Source: Kiritimatiellia bacterium (GTDB lineage: Bacteria; Verrucomicrobiota; Kiritimatiellia; RFP12; UBA1067). Taken from it: a stretch of 64,000 nucleotides of DNA. Location: contig JAZQOS010000021.1 of the NCBI GenBank assembly GCA_045627925.1, forward strand, positions 75,469-139,468. The letters are read 5' to 3'. Positions 1-13,100 of the stretch are shown here, one piece after another (the first letter of the stretch is position 1; the number at the start of each line of letters is the position of its first letter). The notes under the pieces were generated by a model. That model was not told where the DNA came from and did not search any database. It saw only the letters and a list, made by a program, of their open reading frames with translations. The position numbers and the translations under genes are program-made.

Positions 1-3000
1 CCGTTCTCCCCTTCACCAGCGAGAATGAGCGTGACGTTAGCTGGGAAGTCCGTGAACTGGCTCATCCAGATTTCCGGCAATGTGTCATTCGGTTTCGTCG
101 CAACAAGACGCACTTCAACTGGCACGGGAACATACGGAACGAGCGACGTGCCATTCGCCGCCGTAAGCGTAATCGCACCTTCGCCGACCGTACCATTACC
201 GACGACTACCTGATCCGCCACCTCCATCGCCGCGACCGTCGCCTTGCGGTCCGCCGTTACGTAAAGTTCGCCCGCCTTATCGCCGATCTTCTGATCGAGA
301 ATCGTGCCCGCCGGAAGCGTCATCTCGACGGGACCCTTCAGCGTCCAACCCGAGACATCGAGCGTTTCCGCCGCCTCGTTGCGGATAACGACGGCCCTAA
401 GCGTCGCATCGTACTTGGCCGTAACCAACCCGCCAAATGCCACGAGTTCGCTCTGCTTGTCGGGGATGCCGGCGGAGAGGCGATTATTGTAACCGACGCC
501 CTTCTCCGTGTTGTGGATGGAGTGTGTCTCGAAAAGATGAACGCGACGCGGTTCGACATAATTGTTCCAAAGATCTTCAATGCCCATCGTCGGCGTCATC
601 GATGCGACATTCGGCCAGCAGTTCATTGAGTCGTTCTGGAAGTTGTAGATACCCGAAAGCGGCCACTTCTTGCGGTCCACTGCTGCGAGTTCAGCCGTCG
701 CGTTGGTAATCGTCGCGATGTAACCCCAAAGCTTCGAGTTCTCACGCGCCGTACCAGGCGCTTCGAGAATCTCATCCATCAGCGTACGGAGACGCCGGAG
801 ATAGAGACGACGGAACTTCGGGCTCTGATAAATGGACTCAAGTCCACCGTTTGACCCATAGCCCTGAACCGATCCGTCAAACGAATAGCTATGCGCCTGC
901 ACGCGACGTCCACCGTAGAACGGATGCGACTTGAAGAAATCCACATCCGCACGGATACCGTTCTTACCATCATGACAGAAGAACGCGCCGAAGGAGAGGT
1001 GGCAGTCGTATGCGAGCGGCATCCAGGTGCCGGTCCCGTTAACGTCATAGTAGAGCGAGATATTGGACCACGTATCGTCCGTCTCGGACGTGATGCGCGT
1101 CATCGCCATATAGTTGAGCCACGCTGGAAGATCGAAAATATTGACGACGTTCTGTGTATACTTCGCGTCTTCATTCTCCGCCGTCATTTGTTCGTCATTT
1201 CTATTCCCAGGAAGAGTATTCTCAAATGCCTTCTCGACTTCAATATCGCTCTCGTTCTCGTCGTCTGGTGTCTTCTTTTCGGTCGTAATGGACGAGTTAT
1301 GGCCGGGCTGGATGGTGCCGCAATTCTTGAACGCATAGCCGAGCGGATCAAGCCCATAAACATCTTCAATGAGTTCATCCGTGAAGCGGTTAGAGTTCCA
1401 AGCGAGCTGATAAAACTCGCCGTTCAGGTTGAGCTTCACCGGATAGTCATACGGCGCTTTTGCTCCCGCCTCACGGAAGAGCCAGAACGAAAGCGACTGA
1501 CGAATGTAGGCGGGGTCCATGTAGTCCGCAACGAACGAGGTCTTGCGGATTTCCTCGAACACCGTTCCTGTTACCGGATCCGTGCACGAAAGCGGCTGCG
1601 CCTTGGAGAACCTGAGACCGTGCGACTTCTTCGGGAAACGCGCCGTCGTGTTGCCTCTCAAATCGATGCGGACGTTGTCGTAGTAGAGTCCCGTCAGTGC
1701 ATCGTAGATGCCGACGCGCGCGTTGTAGGGAACGACCGACTTGTCCTGTTTATCGACATCGACATCCATCTGCTTAAGCGATGCGTCATCCGCGAAGAGA
1801 TAGAACGTCTGCACCTTCGCATCCGTCATACCCTCGGCTGGCTCGACAATCGTACCGTACCACTCGTAGCCGTCATCGGGATTTTGGAAACTTGGCGCAC
1901 GAAACTCGCGACCCGCCTTGTCGGTAATTGCGACGGCGAAGCGGACAAGCTCGCCAGCAGTAGTGAACGCCGCGCCAGGAATCGTTCCCGTATAAACCCA
2001 GCCGTTCATCTTATCCTTCGTCGCGCACTTCGTCATCGCCGTCTCGTTCGTCTGAACCAGCCCGAAGCCAATCTGATAGATAAGCTTGACCTCTGCGATT
2101 TGATCCTCGGCCGCCTCGCTCATATCGGCCGGAAGAATCGGCAGCGTCACCGTATAGTCCTCGCCGATCTTCGCCTGATTGAACGCCTGCCATGGATCGG
2201 GCGCGTCCTTAATGCCATAAAGCGGGCTGATCGTCGGGCGACGATCTGCCGCCGCATCGTAGATGACCTCGTCCGCGAGATCGACCGGCACGAGCACGGT
2301 CTGCTGAACGGCACCGGCCTTGTAGAGCCGAACCATTGGATACTTCTTCTGGTTGATCTTCTTTGCGTAGAGCGGCGTTGCTTCGGCAGGCAACACCTCA
2401 ACTGGCGACTCGCTCGTCCAAACCTTGAATGTTTCACCAACGCCAAGCGTGCCCACCGACAAGGTGAACGCCTCTTCCAGTTTCAGCTTCTTGCCTCGAT
2501 TCACGCAGTAGACCTTGTAATCCGAAAGTTCAAGCGGCTTTCCGCCCACATTCTCAAGGAGAATCCAACCGAGATCTTTCGCCTCGGGAACATTTGGCTG
2601 ACAACGCGCGCAAATCTTGGTGATTACCAGTTCACCCGGCGGCACGTCATCGATGTAAAGATCGTGGAATCCAGTCGCGAACTCTTCGCTCGGCGGCTCC
2701 GTCGTCGCCGTTGGCAGCTTGGCCGGATCAATACCCGGCGTAAAGAAGAAAAGCGATATCTTATCGACGTCCAGCTCAGGAATCTTCGCCCAAACGCGTG
2801 TATTAAACTTGCCCGCCTTGCCGTCCAGCTCAACGAATTTATCGCTCCAATCCGTTGCCAAAACTCCATCCGCCGTATAAGCGAGACCGCCTTCGTAGTG
2901 GAACGACGAATTCGGTCCGCCAATTGCGATTACGTTGCCGCCCTCGACGGTAATCGTGCGGCCAACGTTCACGTCAAGTCCAGTCGAGCCATTGTCATCG

Positions 3001-6000
3001 TCCTCAACCGCCGTCGTATAGGCAAGAATGTTTCCTCCCGTGATGATGATATCGCCATTCGAGTCGATAACATCGTTTCCAAGCGAAACGCCATAGAAGT
3101 TTCCGCCCGTGATAACGACATTGCGCGCCGTATTTACCGACTTAGGGTCGTTAACCGCGTCGTTACCCGCCGACTTCACGCAATCATCACCCGCGAGCAA
3201 GTTGAACGTGCCGCCGTTGATCGTGAGTGTCAAATCCTTCTCGCTGGGATCGTCCGTCGTCGTGAAGATCTGCGAACCCGCACCGGGAACGGAGATATCG
3301 AATGTTCCGCCGTTCACGGTAAGCATCTTTCCAGACTCAAAGACCGTCGCATCAATTGCGTCTTTACCGCCCTCAACGTTGCAGACATAGCCGTCCTCGA
3401 AGACGATTGTGCCGCCATTCAGGACCTTCGCGCCCGTACCCTCAATCGAAACATCCATCGTGCCGCCCGAAAGCGTGACCGCGTCCGAACCCTTAAACTT
3501 GAATGCGCTCGCCTTCTTACCACCAAGCGTCGCCGTAAACGCACCAGCTTCGAAGTCGGCGGACATCTTCTTGTTTATAAGTTCAATGCCGTAGGGCTGA
3601 TTGCCAGCTAAAGTCATATCGAGTTTGCCATCACCTGAAAGGCCGAAATTACCAGAGAGAGAAACCGCAGCAACCTTGTTGGTAGAATCTGGAACCGCGA
3701 CATCAATCGCAAACGTTCCCTTGGTGATATAAAGATCTTTCGCGGTAAAGAGCGGCTCGGTGATGTTCTCACCTGTAAGTTCAAAGCGTCCCTTGCCTAC
3801 AAAGGTAATCGACGCACCTGCACCCGAGACAAACGCAGCCGTATTGACCGAAGTCGATCCATCGTTCTTAATCGTATATTCGCCAGCGGGAAGTTCAAGT
3901 CCACCCAAGAAGTTCGCATTCGCAAAGTTGTAGGTATAGCCCGGCGCGAGCGTAATCTTCTCCGTCACATTCGTGTTCGCCCAATTGAGATCGACCGGCG
4001 GAGGTGGAGGCGGAGGTTCGTAACCCGGTGCTTCGGTAATGAGAATCGCATGCCACTCGTCCGTCTCAAGATTGTGGACGGCCATCTTGCCGCTCCCCTT
4101 CGCGCCGATGATCGCCACCTGATCAAGATTGCTGAAGTGCTCAATCTCGATGCCCTTCGCGTCGGTGAGGACGATTTCCTGGAAGCCGTCCGTAATCTTC
4201 GTCCACGGCACGTCCGCCTGATTAAAGCGCACCCAACCGCCCGCCTCAATAATCGTTCCCGCTGGAAGATCAAAACTGCAACGGCCCTCCGGCGTTGCAC
4301 CATACTTCTCAAACTGAATATGCGCACCGCTCGCATCAAGCGTAGCTTCTTGGTTGAGGTTCGTGAAGACGATGAATTCGTTTGCATCCGTTCCTTCCGC
4401 ACCGTCCGGCGCACCCGCGAAGCCCCAAAGCCGCAGATACTTCTCCTGCTCGCTCTTCTCCACGGCCAGAACATCAGTTCCGTCGGATGCCACCAGCCCA
4501 ATTTCCTCGGCGCCTCCCGCCGTACCGTTGGCAACAATCACCTGATCAAGAAGATTGTCGCCGAATGCCGCTATCGTCGCGCGACGATCCACCGCCACAT
4601 ACACCTCGCCCGGCACGCCGTCAACCGCCATATCAATTACCGTGCCTTCGGGAAGCGTCAGGTTGACCGGACCTGAAAGCTTCCAATTGGAAAGATCAAT
4701 CGCCTCGTCGTTCGCGCTGCGAATAACTACCGCGCCAAGCGTCTCATCGTATTCCGCGGAAAAGCCCGCCTTCAGCTCCTTAACCGCCGTCTGCGCCTCC
4801 GGGATGCCAGCAATCAACTTCTCGCCGTAGCCAATCTGTTCGGCGGCGTGTCCTTCGGCGGCGTGCGTTTCGTAGAGATGGACGCGGCGCGGGACAATGT
4901 AGTTATCCCAAATATCCGCCATCGCCTCCTCAATCGTCTTCGGATAATTATTGCCCCACACGTTGACATTGCTCGCACCGTTGCAATAACCCCACTGCGC
5001 ATGATCCTTTTCGGCCTCAACGCTCATCATTCCCGCCATCTTGCGCATCTGCACGAGGAAGTTGATGGTGCTCGTCTGCCAAGTCTCCTCGCCCGTCGTA
5101 TCGGGCGCGCCAAGCTCCTCATCCATCAGCGTTCTTACGCGCCGGAGGAAGAGGCGGCGGAATTTCTCGCTCTGGAAGATCGCCTCGTAGGCGCGGTTCT
5201 GATTGCCATACGCATCGCCTTTCTCACCCCTATGTGCGCGAACCACATAGCCACCATAAAACGGATGCGACTTAAACCAATCCTGATTGGACATAAGCCC
5301 ATAGAACGAACTATAGTCCGCATGATGCCACTGTCCGAAGGTAAGCTGCATATCGTAGGCGAGCGGACGCCAGGTACCCGTCGATCCCGACCGGATGCCG
5401 TCAATAAGCTGCGGATTGTCGTAGTAGCCCGAGAGGTTCGCCCACACATCATCGCACTCTTGGGTAATCTTGGTGAGCGCCATATAGTTAATCCAAGCGG
5501 GAAGATCCATCTTCTCAACCACGACCTTCGTATATTTCGCTTTATCTGCATCGCTGGTAACTATTGCCGTCGGCAAGGTACTGCAAAATGCGTTCAACAC
5601 CGAAAGGTCGGCCTCATTGCCATCATCCGGCGTCTTCTTCTCGATACCACCAGCCGTAGTACCATTGCCGAACGAGCCGATGTTCTTATAGCCGTAGCCG
5701 AGCGGATCAAGTCTGTAGCAATCCTCGATGAGCTCGTCGGTGAAGCGCTCGGAATGGAAGCCAAGCTGATAGAACTCGCCGTTCAGGTTGAGACGAGCCG
5801 GATAATGGAATGGCGCGGGACTGCCATGCTTGTTGAAAAGCCAAAACGCCGTCATCTGTCTGAGGAAGCTCGGATCGCCAAATTCCGCAATAAAGCTCGA
5901 CTTGCGAATCTCGCGCGTCTCGCCCGATACGCAATCAAACGTTGAAAGCGGATGCGTTTTGCCGAACCTCAAGCCGTGGCTCTTCTTATTGAAGCCCTTC

Positions 6001-9000
6001 GAGCTGTTGCCGCGCAAGTCAATGCGCACATTGTCGTAATACTGGCTCGTGGAGGAATCATAGATTACAATGCGTCCACCATAAGGATGGCGCGTGCGAA
6101 GGTCGTCATAGTTCTTATTGCTCATGAACTCGTCGTAGTCGATGTTCATCACCTTCATGTTGCGGTTTTGCGCATTCTTGTCGTCCGCCGTCTCCGCATC
6201 AGCGAAAAGATGGAAGGTGGTGAGCGTTTCCGAAAGCTGATCTTTCGTCGGCTCGACGATCGTTCCGTACCACTCGTAGCCATCGTCCGGTCCGAGGAAC
6301 TGCGGCGCATACCAAACATTGCCGGCCACATCAATGATCTTCGCCTTCCATTGGATGAGATGACCCGCCTCGGGGAAATCGGTGGAAGGAATCGCTACCG
6401 TCCACTGCTGACCATGTCCCGAAACGACCTCGCCCTTCGTCATCTCGACTTCTTTGCGCGTCGCATCGTCGAGATCCGTGCGATAGACGAGATAGACATC
6501 CTCAATCGCGTCCTTTTCACCTCCTCCATAGATCGGATTCACATCGAACGTCACCACATAATCTTCGCCCGGTATCGCCGGCTGGGCCGCATTGATGTCC
6601 GAGAAGATATGCTCCACGCCATAGAGCGGACCTACCTCTGGGCCAATTGCCGCCAACTTGGAGCCGACCTTAAGATAATGGCGCGTCGCTCCGCCCAGCA
6701 CCGTCTCGTCCAACGGCTCGACGATAATCGTCGCATCGTCCGGAGTATCACAGGGAATAACCACCGAACAAATCGTCTCGCCACCCTTCGCAAGCGTAAC
6801 CATCGGATACTTCTTTGGATTGACCTTCGCCGGATAGACGAGTACGCCTTTAATCTCCGCCGTCGCGTCTGCCGTCATCTTCGGCTCGGTGAACATAAGG
6901 TCATCACCTTCAACGTATCCTTCAGTCGTATAGAAGCGCACCTTGCCGCCAGGTGCCACCACGCGCGCCGGCAACGCAAGCAGCTTCTTAGCTTTCATCT
7001 CCTTGCCACGATTGAATCGTCCGAACGAGTATTCAGAGAGTTCCGCCCAGCCCGTTCCGATGTTGACCAGCTCCACCCAACCGGCTTCAACGCCGTTTGG
7101 ATCCTTCGCCGTCGGTTTAGGACAAATCTCGGCAATGGTCAGCGCTCCGCCTTCCATAAGCCGCGAAACGGTAATCGCGCCATCTTCGCCTTCGGCAAGC
7201 TCGACCGCATATTGCGTGAGATCAACTTCTTCGCTGTCCAAGATCAGCTTACCATTTATGTATGAAAGTCGCGTTGCATCGACAATCTTCAAAACCGCAC
7301 CATCCGCTTGAATATTCGCAAACGCCATTTTGAGCGTCGGATATGCCTTGTCGCCAATGGTGAGAAGCGTGTAAGTGTTGATGGCCTTGACCGAGGTTTC
7401 ATCGATCTGGATTTCCCAGTTTTCGTCCGTGCCGTCGACGAGTGCGAACTTCTCCGCCGTCACTGTAGTCTTTGCATTTAAAAGCGTAATCTCATTAGCT
7501 GCCGACTTTAACGCTTCACTAATGTCAAAGGTAATCTTCCCGCTCTTAATCGCGAAACCAGTCCCGCCGGAAATCGTCTCGCCATTCGGGCCAACTTTAA
7601 CCGTGAGATTGTTCGGGAGCGTTGTCCCGTTCCGAAGAACGATTGCGCCCTCTTGAATGTCGAGCGTACCGCCGCCCGTAAATGTCGCCTCGGCAATAAA
7701 GAACTTGCCCGCGCCGAGCTTGGTGAGCTTATTTCCGCCAAGCTTGAATTCCTGCGAACCATATTTGCTCGCAATCGTACCGAAATCGCTCTGTGCATCG
7801 ATGAACGAATCGGCGGCAACTTCCAGATTCCAAAATTGAGCCTTGCCGTCGCCAACGGCCGTACCATAATTGGCGAGCGTACCACCATTGAGGACAATTG
7901 GATATGTTATGTTCGGGACGCCATTCACGTCAAAGGTGCCGCCCTCATCGATAGAGAGCTCTGTCGTCACATTACCCGCACTGGCAATCTGCAAGACCGC
8001 GCCATTCTTGACGCGCAATGTCCCAACTGCTCGCGCGAGCATAACCGCGCAATCGCCATCAATTATGATCTCATCACCGCTTATGTACTTAACATCGTTA
8101 CCCTCGCCATCTTCAAACACCGTCGCACCATCGATCGTGCCATCCCCGCCCTTCCAATAGATTGTCGTCGGCTCACGCGTTGGTTCAGGCTCAACATATT
8201 TTTCTGCAACAATCTTATAGGCCGCTCTCCACGCCTCCGTTGAGGTATTGAGCGTAACATAACTATACTTTGGATCAGTCGTCTTGAAGAGGCGAATGCG
8301 AAGCGTGTCTCCTGCTCCGCTGCCCTGAACTGTTCCCATCGTCGCTAATTCGCCAACTGTGATGATTGCATCTTCAGAAAAAGTATATTCAATCTTATCA
8401 CCGAGCGACCACGCCTCAAGTTTCTGATTGTTGTTGTTACGACTATTAGATGAAACACTATTAAGTGTCACAAACTCGGCACTCTTGTTCCAAGTATTTC
8501 CTGATTCTTGTGCAAAGGTCACACTCTTGATGCGCAACTTAGTGCCAGCTGGTAAATCGCTCGAAGCTGGAATCGTCATTGACACTGGCTTGTAGTTGCC
8601 CACCCCTTTACTATCAATCGCCGTGCAGTCCGTATTCTCAAAAACATACTCACTTGGTCCCTCCGTGCCATCAACAATCACAATCGCCGCAATACATCCA
8701 CGATATCCTGCGTTGTTATTTCCATATCCCTTGACAGTGAGATTGCCGGAAAGTCCATTCACCCGCAAGGCATTTGTGCCGTAAGCTGCAGTTGACGATT
8801 GCGACGTTCCCCAAGTAGAATCCCCTTCGACCGTTTCGCCACTTGCATAAGTGTAGCGTTTCCCATTGATCTCTGGCGCACCAAACTTCTTATTTCCCGC
8901 GTCCGTCGCCGCGTAGAAGATGACGTCGTACTTGGCGAACGGAATATTGGAAACTGTTACCGCCGCTCCGTCATTGCTATCATCAAGATAACCATTCAAA

Positions 9001-10171
9001 ATCTTCGCCGTCATATCCTTATATGACCAGACATTCGCCGAGGTCCACTTGACGGTCGCCGCGCGAGAGGCATCAACTGTTTGCGATGCAACGTCGTAGA
9101 CATTCGCCGTTTCCGCTCCGTTTTTATCTTCTACCTGAAGCCACGCCGCTACCGGGATCGTATAATCCAATGCGCCAGAATCGCTTCCTGTAATTCGATT
9201 TTTTTCATCACCAGAATAAATAACTTGCCCTTGTTGATTAATCTGCTTTGCAGATGAATTAAAGTTAATCGCAATAATACCTTTAGCCGCAGAAGGGTCT
9301 ACTACTGGATCGCCTCCACCTTGGGCATTGCCCTCGACCCACTTGATGACGATTGCGCTACCACTGTCGGATACGCAATATGTTCCAATTGGATCGCTCG
9401 TACTGACATCAGCATTTGAGTCCTTGTGCGTCATTGCGGTTCCGTTGACATCGGTAGCAACTGTTGCATTCAGATAAAAACTTGCGCTCTTCCCTCCATA
9501 TGAAAGCAAGGTGCGCGAGGATACCTTTCGTGTCGTTGCTTTAGGATTCGACACGGAGACCTTTACACTTGAGAATCTAACGTTTATGGCGTTTCCAACC
9601 GAGCCATTGACTTTTATCGATCCCTTTTCACCCAAGTAGCATGTCCATTGATTATATTTTCCACTAGGCTGATTAAGGCTCGCGAAAACAATACCTTCTG
9701 GAGCGTCAACATGGAATTCCGTCGGACATTCCATTGATCCCGATCCCCATCCATTTACAATCAACTTTGAAGTATCATCAACATAAAATTGACAAACCGA
9801 TGCCTTGTCCTTCTGCAACCTAACCAATGTATCAATCGTGAGTTTTACGTGGTTCGCAATTCCAATTTGGGCATCCAGCCCTTCCATTTGCGAGAGCGAT
9901 ACACTTTTATAGCCATCGTTTCCCGCCGCTAACGCAATATTGTTTCCGTCCAGCAAACACGATTCATACGATGATTCATTCGTATACGGCGTAGCTTGAG
10001 GCGCCTTGGGATTCTTGTAATTCTCCCAATTGGAGTCTAACTCCCAACTTGCGCTGTGCGTACCGACAAATACATTTGTCCAATTGCGACCAAACGCACT
10101 CGCCGCATGCGCGACATTCCCACCGAGCGCCAGCGCGAGCGCGCCGACGAGAAGGTTCCGGAATATATTCA
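1..10171 (-). CDS. Giant secreted protein, C-terminus beyond the window (more than 3380 aa). Signal peptide, then repeated Cthe_2159-like beta-helix modules and two CotH (atypical kinase)-like domains; the distal ~3.6 kb is paralogous to the next gene
   Basis: ATG at 10171 preceded by GAGGAAGAG RBS, and a signal peptide MNIFRNLLVGALALALGG. Spot-translated segments give CotH-like motifs (RPLAYDMQLTFGQW, SHPFYGGYVVRAH) and beta-helix repeats (TINGGTFNLLAGDDCVKSAGND). No minus-strand stop-bounded ORF fragments appear in the six-frame track for 1-10170, consistent with one open frame that runs off the window edge. Plus-strand ORFs 891..3611 and 10966..12420 are mutually paralogous antisense shadows. 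Confidence 0.7.
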
Positions 10172-10182
10172 TCTCTTCCTCC

Positions 10183-13100
10183 TTACCTTACTAAAATCAT
10201 GGGTGCGTGCCGCATAATTGACATTCCACCCACTTTAAGCTCTGGCATTCCCTTACCCGCCGCGCCATTGCCGACGACGACTTGATCCGTTACCGTCATC
10301 GCCTCAATCGTCGCCTTGCGATCAGCCGTTATGTAAAGCTCGCCCTCGACTCCTTCAATCTTCTGGTCGAGAATCGTGCCCGCCGGAAGCGTCATCTCAA
10401 CTGGCCCGGTAAGTACCGCTCCCGAAAGATCGATGGTTTCCTCATTCGCGTTCTTAATAACCACCGCCTGAAGAAGACTATCATACGTAACGGTGATATT
10501 CTTCTTGAGTACCGACATATCACTTTGCTTGTCGGGGATGCCGGCGGAGAGACGATTGTTGTAGCCAACGCCCTTCGCAGTATTGTGAACAGAGTGTGTC
10601 TCGAAAAGATGAACGCGGCGCGGCACGATGTAGTTGTTCCAAAGATCGTCGATACCCATCGTCGGCGTCATCGACGCGACAGTCGGCCAGCAGTTCATCG
10701 ACTCATTTTGGAAGTTGAAACTCTTACCATCAAACGTACCTTCAAACGGCCACTTCGCGCGATCCGCCGCTGCGAGGTCTGCCGTCGCGTCGGTGATGAG
10801 TTTGATATACGCGCCGATCTTCGAGTCTTCCCGTGCCGTGCCGGGCGCTTCGAGAATCTCGTCCATGAGCGTACGGAGACGCCTGAGATATAGACGACGG
10901 AACTTCGGGCTCTGATAGATGGACTCAAGCCCGCTATTGCTCGCCGAGCCGCCGCCCATACCCATGTGTGCACCACCCCAGCCGCCTTCTTCCGTGCCCT
11001 TGTTGTGGGCCGGTACACGCCAACCACCGTAGAACGGATGGGACTTGAAGTAGTCCGCATCGGCTCTCACGCCCTCCTTCGCGTCATGGCAGAAGAATGC
11101 GCCAAACGAAAGGTGGCAGTCATAGGCGAGCGGCATCCACGTGCCCGTATTGTTGATATCGTAATAAAGCGAAATGTTCGCCCACGTATCGTCCGTCTCG
11201 GACGTAATGCGCGTCATCGCCATATAGTTGAGCCACGCCGGAAGATCGAAGGTCTTAACGACGACCTCGTTGTACGTCGCGTTATTCTCACCATCATCGA
11301 TCATCGTCTCATAGTTCGCACGGTCAGGCAGGGAGTTCTCAAACTCATACAACTTGGCGAGCGCAACATCTCCAACTTCGACGCCATCATCCGGCGTCTT
11401 CTTCTCCGTCGTAATCGACGAGCGATGTCCCGGCTGAATCGTGCCGCAATTCTTAAATCCATAGCCGAGCGGATCGAGTCCGTACACGTCTTCGATAAGT
11501 TCATCCGTGAAGCGGTTCGAGTTCCAAGCGAGCTGATAGAACTCGCCGTTCAGATTGAGCTTCACCGGATAGTCATACGGCGCTTTTGCCCCCGCCTCGC
11601 GGAACACCCAGAAGGAGAGCGACTGACGAATGTACGCGGGGTCCATGTAGTCCGCAACGAACGAGGTCTTGCGGATTTCTTCAAACACCGTTCCCGTGAC
11701 CGGATCGGTGCACGAAAGCGGCTGCGCCTTCGAGAACCTGAGCCCGTGCGCCTTCTTCGGGAAGCGTGCCGTCGTGTTGCCGCGAAGGTCGATGCGGACG
11801 TTGTCGTAGTAGAGTCCCGTCAGTGCATCGTAGATGCCGACGCGGGCATTGTAAGGAACGACCGACTTGTTCTGGCTATCGACATCCTTGTCCATCTCGC
11901 CAAGCGACGCGTTATCCGCGAAAAGATAGAACGTCTGCACCTTCGCATCCGTCATGCCCTCGGCTGGCTCGACAATCGTACCGTACCATTCGTAGCCATC
12001 ATCCTTATTTTGGAAGCTTGGCGCACGGAAAGTGCGACCGTCATTGTCGGTAATCGCGACCGCGAAGCGAACAAGCTCGCCAGCAGTAGTGAACGCCGAG
12101 CCGGGGATCGTTCCCGTGTAAACCCAGCCGTTCATCTTATCCTTCTCCGCGCTCTTCGTCATTGCCGTCTCATTCGTCTGAACCAGCCCGAAGCCAATCT
12201 GATAGATAAGATGCGCCTCTGCGATTTGATCCTCGGCCGCCTCGCTCATATCGGCAGGAAGAATCGGCAGCGTCACCGTATAGTTCTCGCCGATCTTCGC
12301 CTGATCAAACGCCTGCCACGGATCGGGCGCGTCCTTTACGCCGTAAAGCGGGCTGATCGTCGGACGACGATCGGTCGCCACATTATGAACAGCTTCATCC
12401 GCGAGATCAACCGGCACTAATACCGTCTGCGTGACCGTACCCCCTTTATAAAGCTGAATCATCGGATACTTCTTCTGATTGATCTTCTTTGCGTAGAGCG
12501 GCGTAGCATCGTCCGGCAGCGCCTCGACGGGCGACTCGCTCGTCCAAACCTTGAACGTTTCTCCAACCTCAAGCGTACCCACCGGCAAAATAAACGCTTC
12601 CGAAACTTTTAGGCTCTTACCGCGATTCGTACAAAGAATCTTGTGCTCCGAAAGTTCAAGTGGGGCGTTTCCGACATTTTCCATCACAATCCAACCAAGA
12701 TCTTTCGCCTCGGGAACATTTGGCTGGCAACGTGCGCAAACCTTGGTGATAACCAATTTTCCCGCCTCAACAGGAATGTCGAGATAGAGATCGTGAAAGT
12801 CCGTGGCATATTCGGAGCTTGGCGCTGTAGAGGAAATCGTCGGAAGAGTAGATTTATCAATCCCGCGAGTATAGGCAAAAAGCGAAATCGTCTCGGCATC
12901 AAGCGCAGGGAGTTTCGCCCAGACATGCGTTTCTATGTCATTCATACTTCCGGTAATACCCAAAAACCGCTCGCTGTAAGTTGCCGCGCTCAGCTTCTCT
13001 GTGGTATAAGCATCGCTTTCACTATAGAAGCTGGAATTAGGTCCGCCGATGGCAATTACGTTGCCGCCGGTAATCGTAATTGCATATCCCTCATTCACAT

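Noticed and set aside
891-3611. 906-aa plus-strand ORF, together with the similar long plus-strand ORFs 4848..5945, 5952..7265, 7653..8243, 10966..12420 and 12643..13401
   Set aside because: They lie antisense to the giant minus-strand genes. Their translations are low-complexity and Arg/Leu-rich, with no motifs. The ORFs 891..3611 and 10966..12420 are paralogous only because the sense-strand genes are. They are antisense open frames typical of GC-biased coding sequence.
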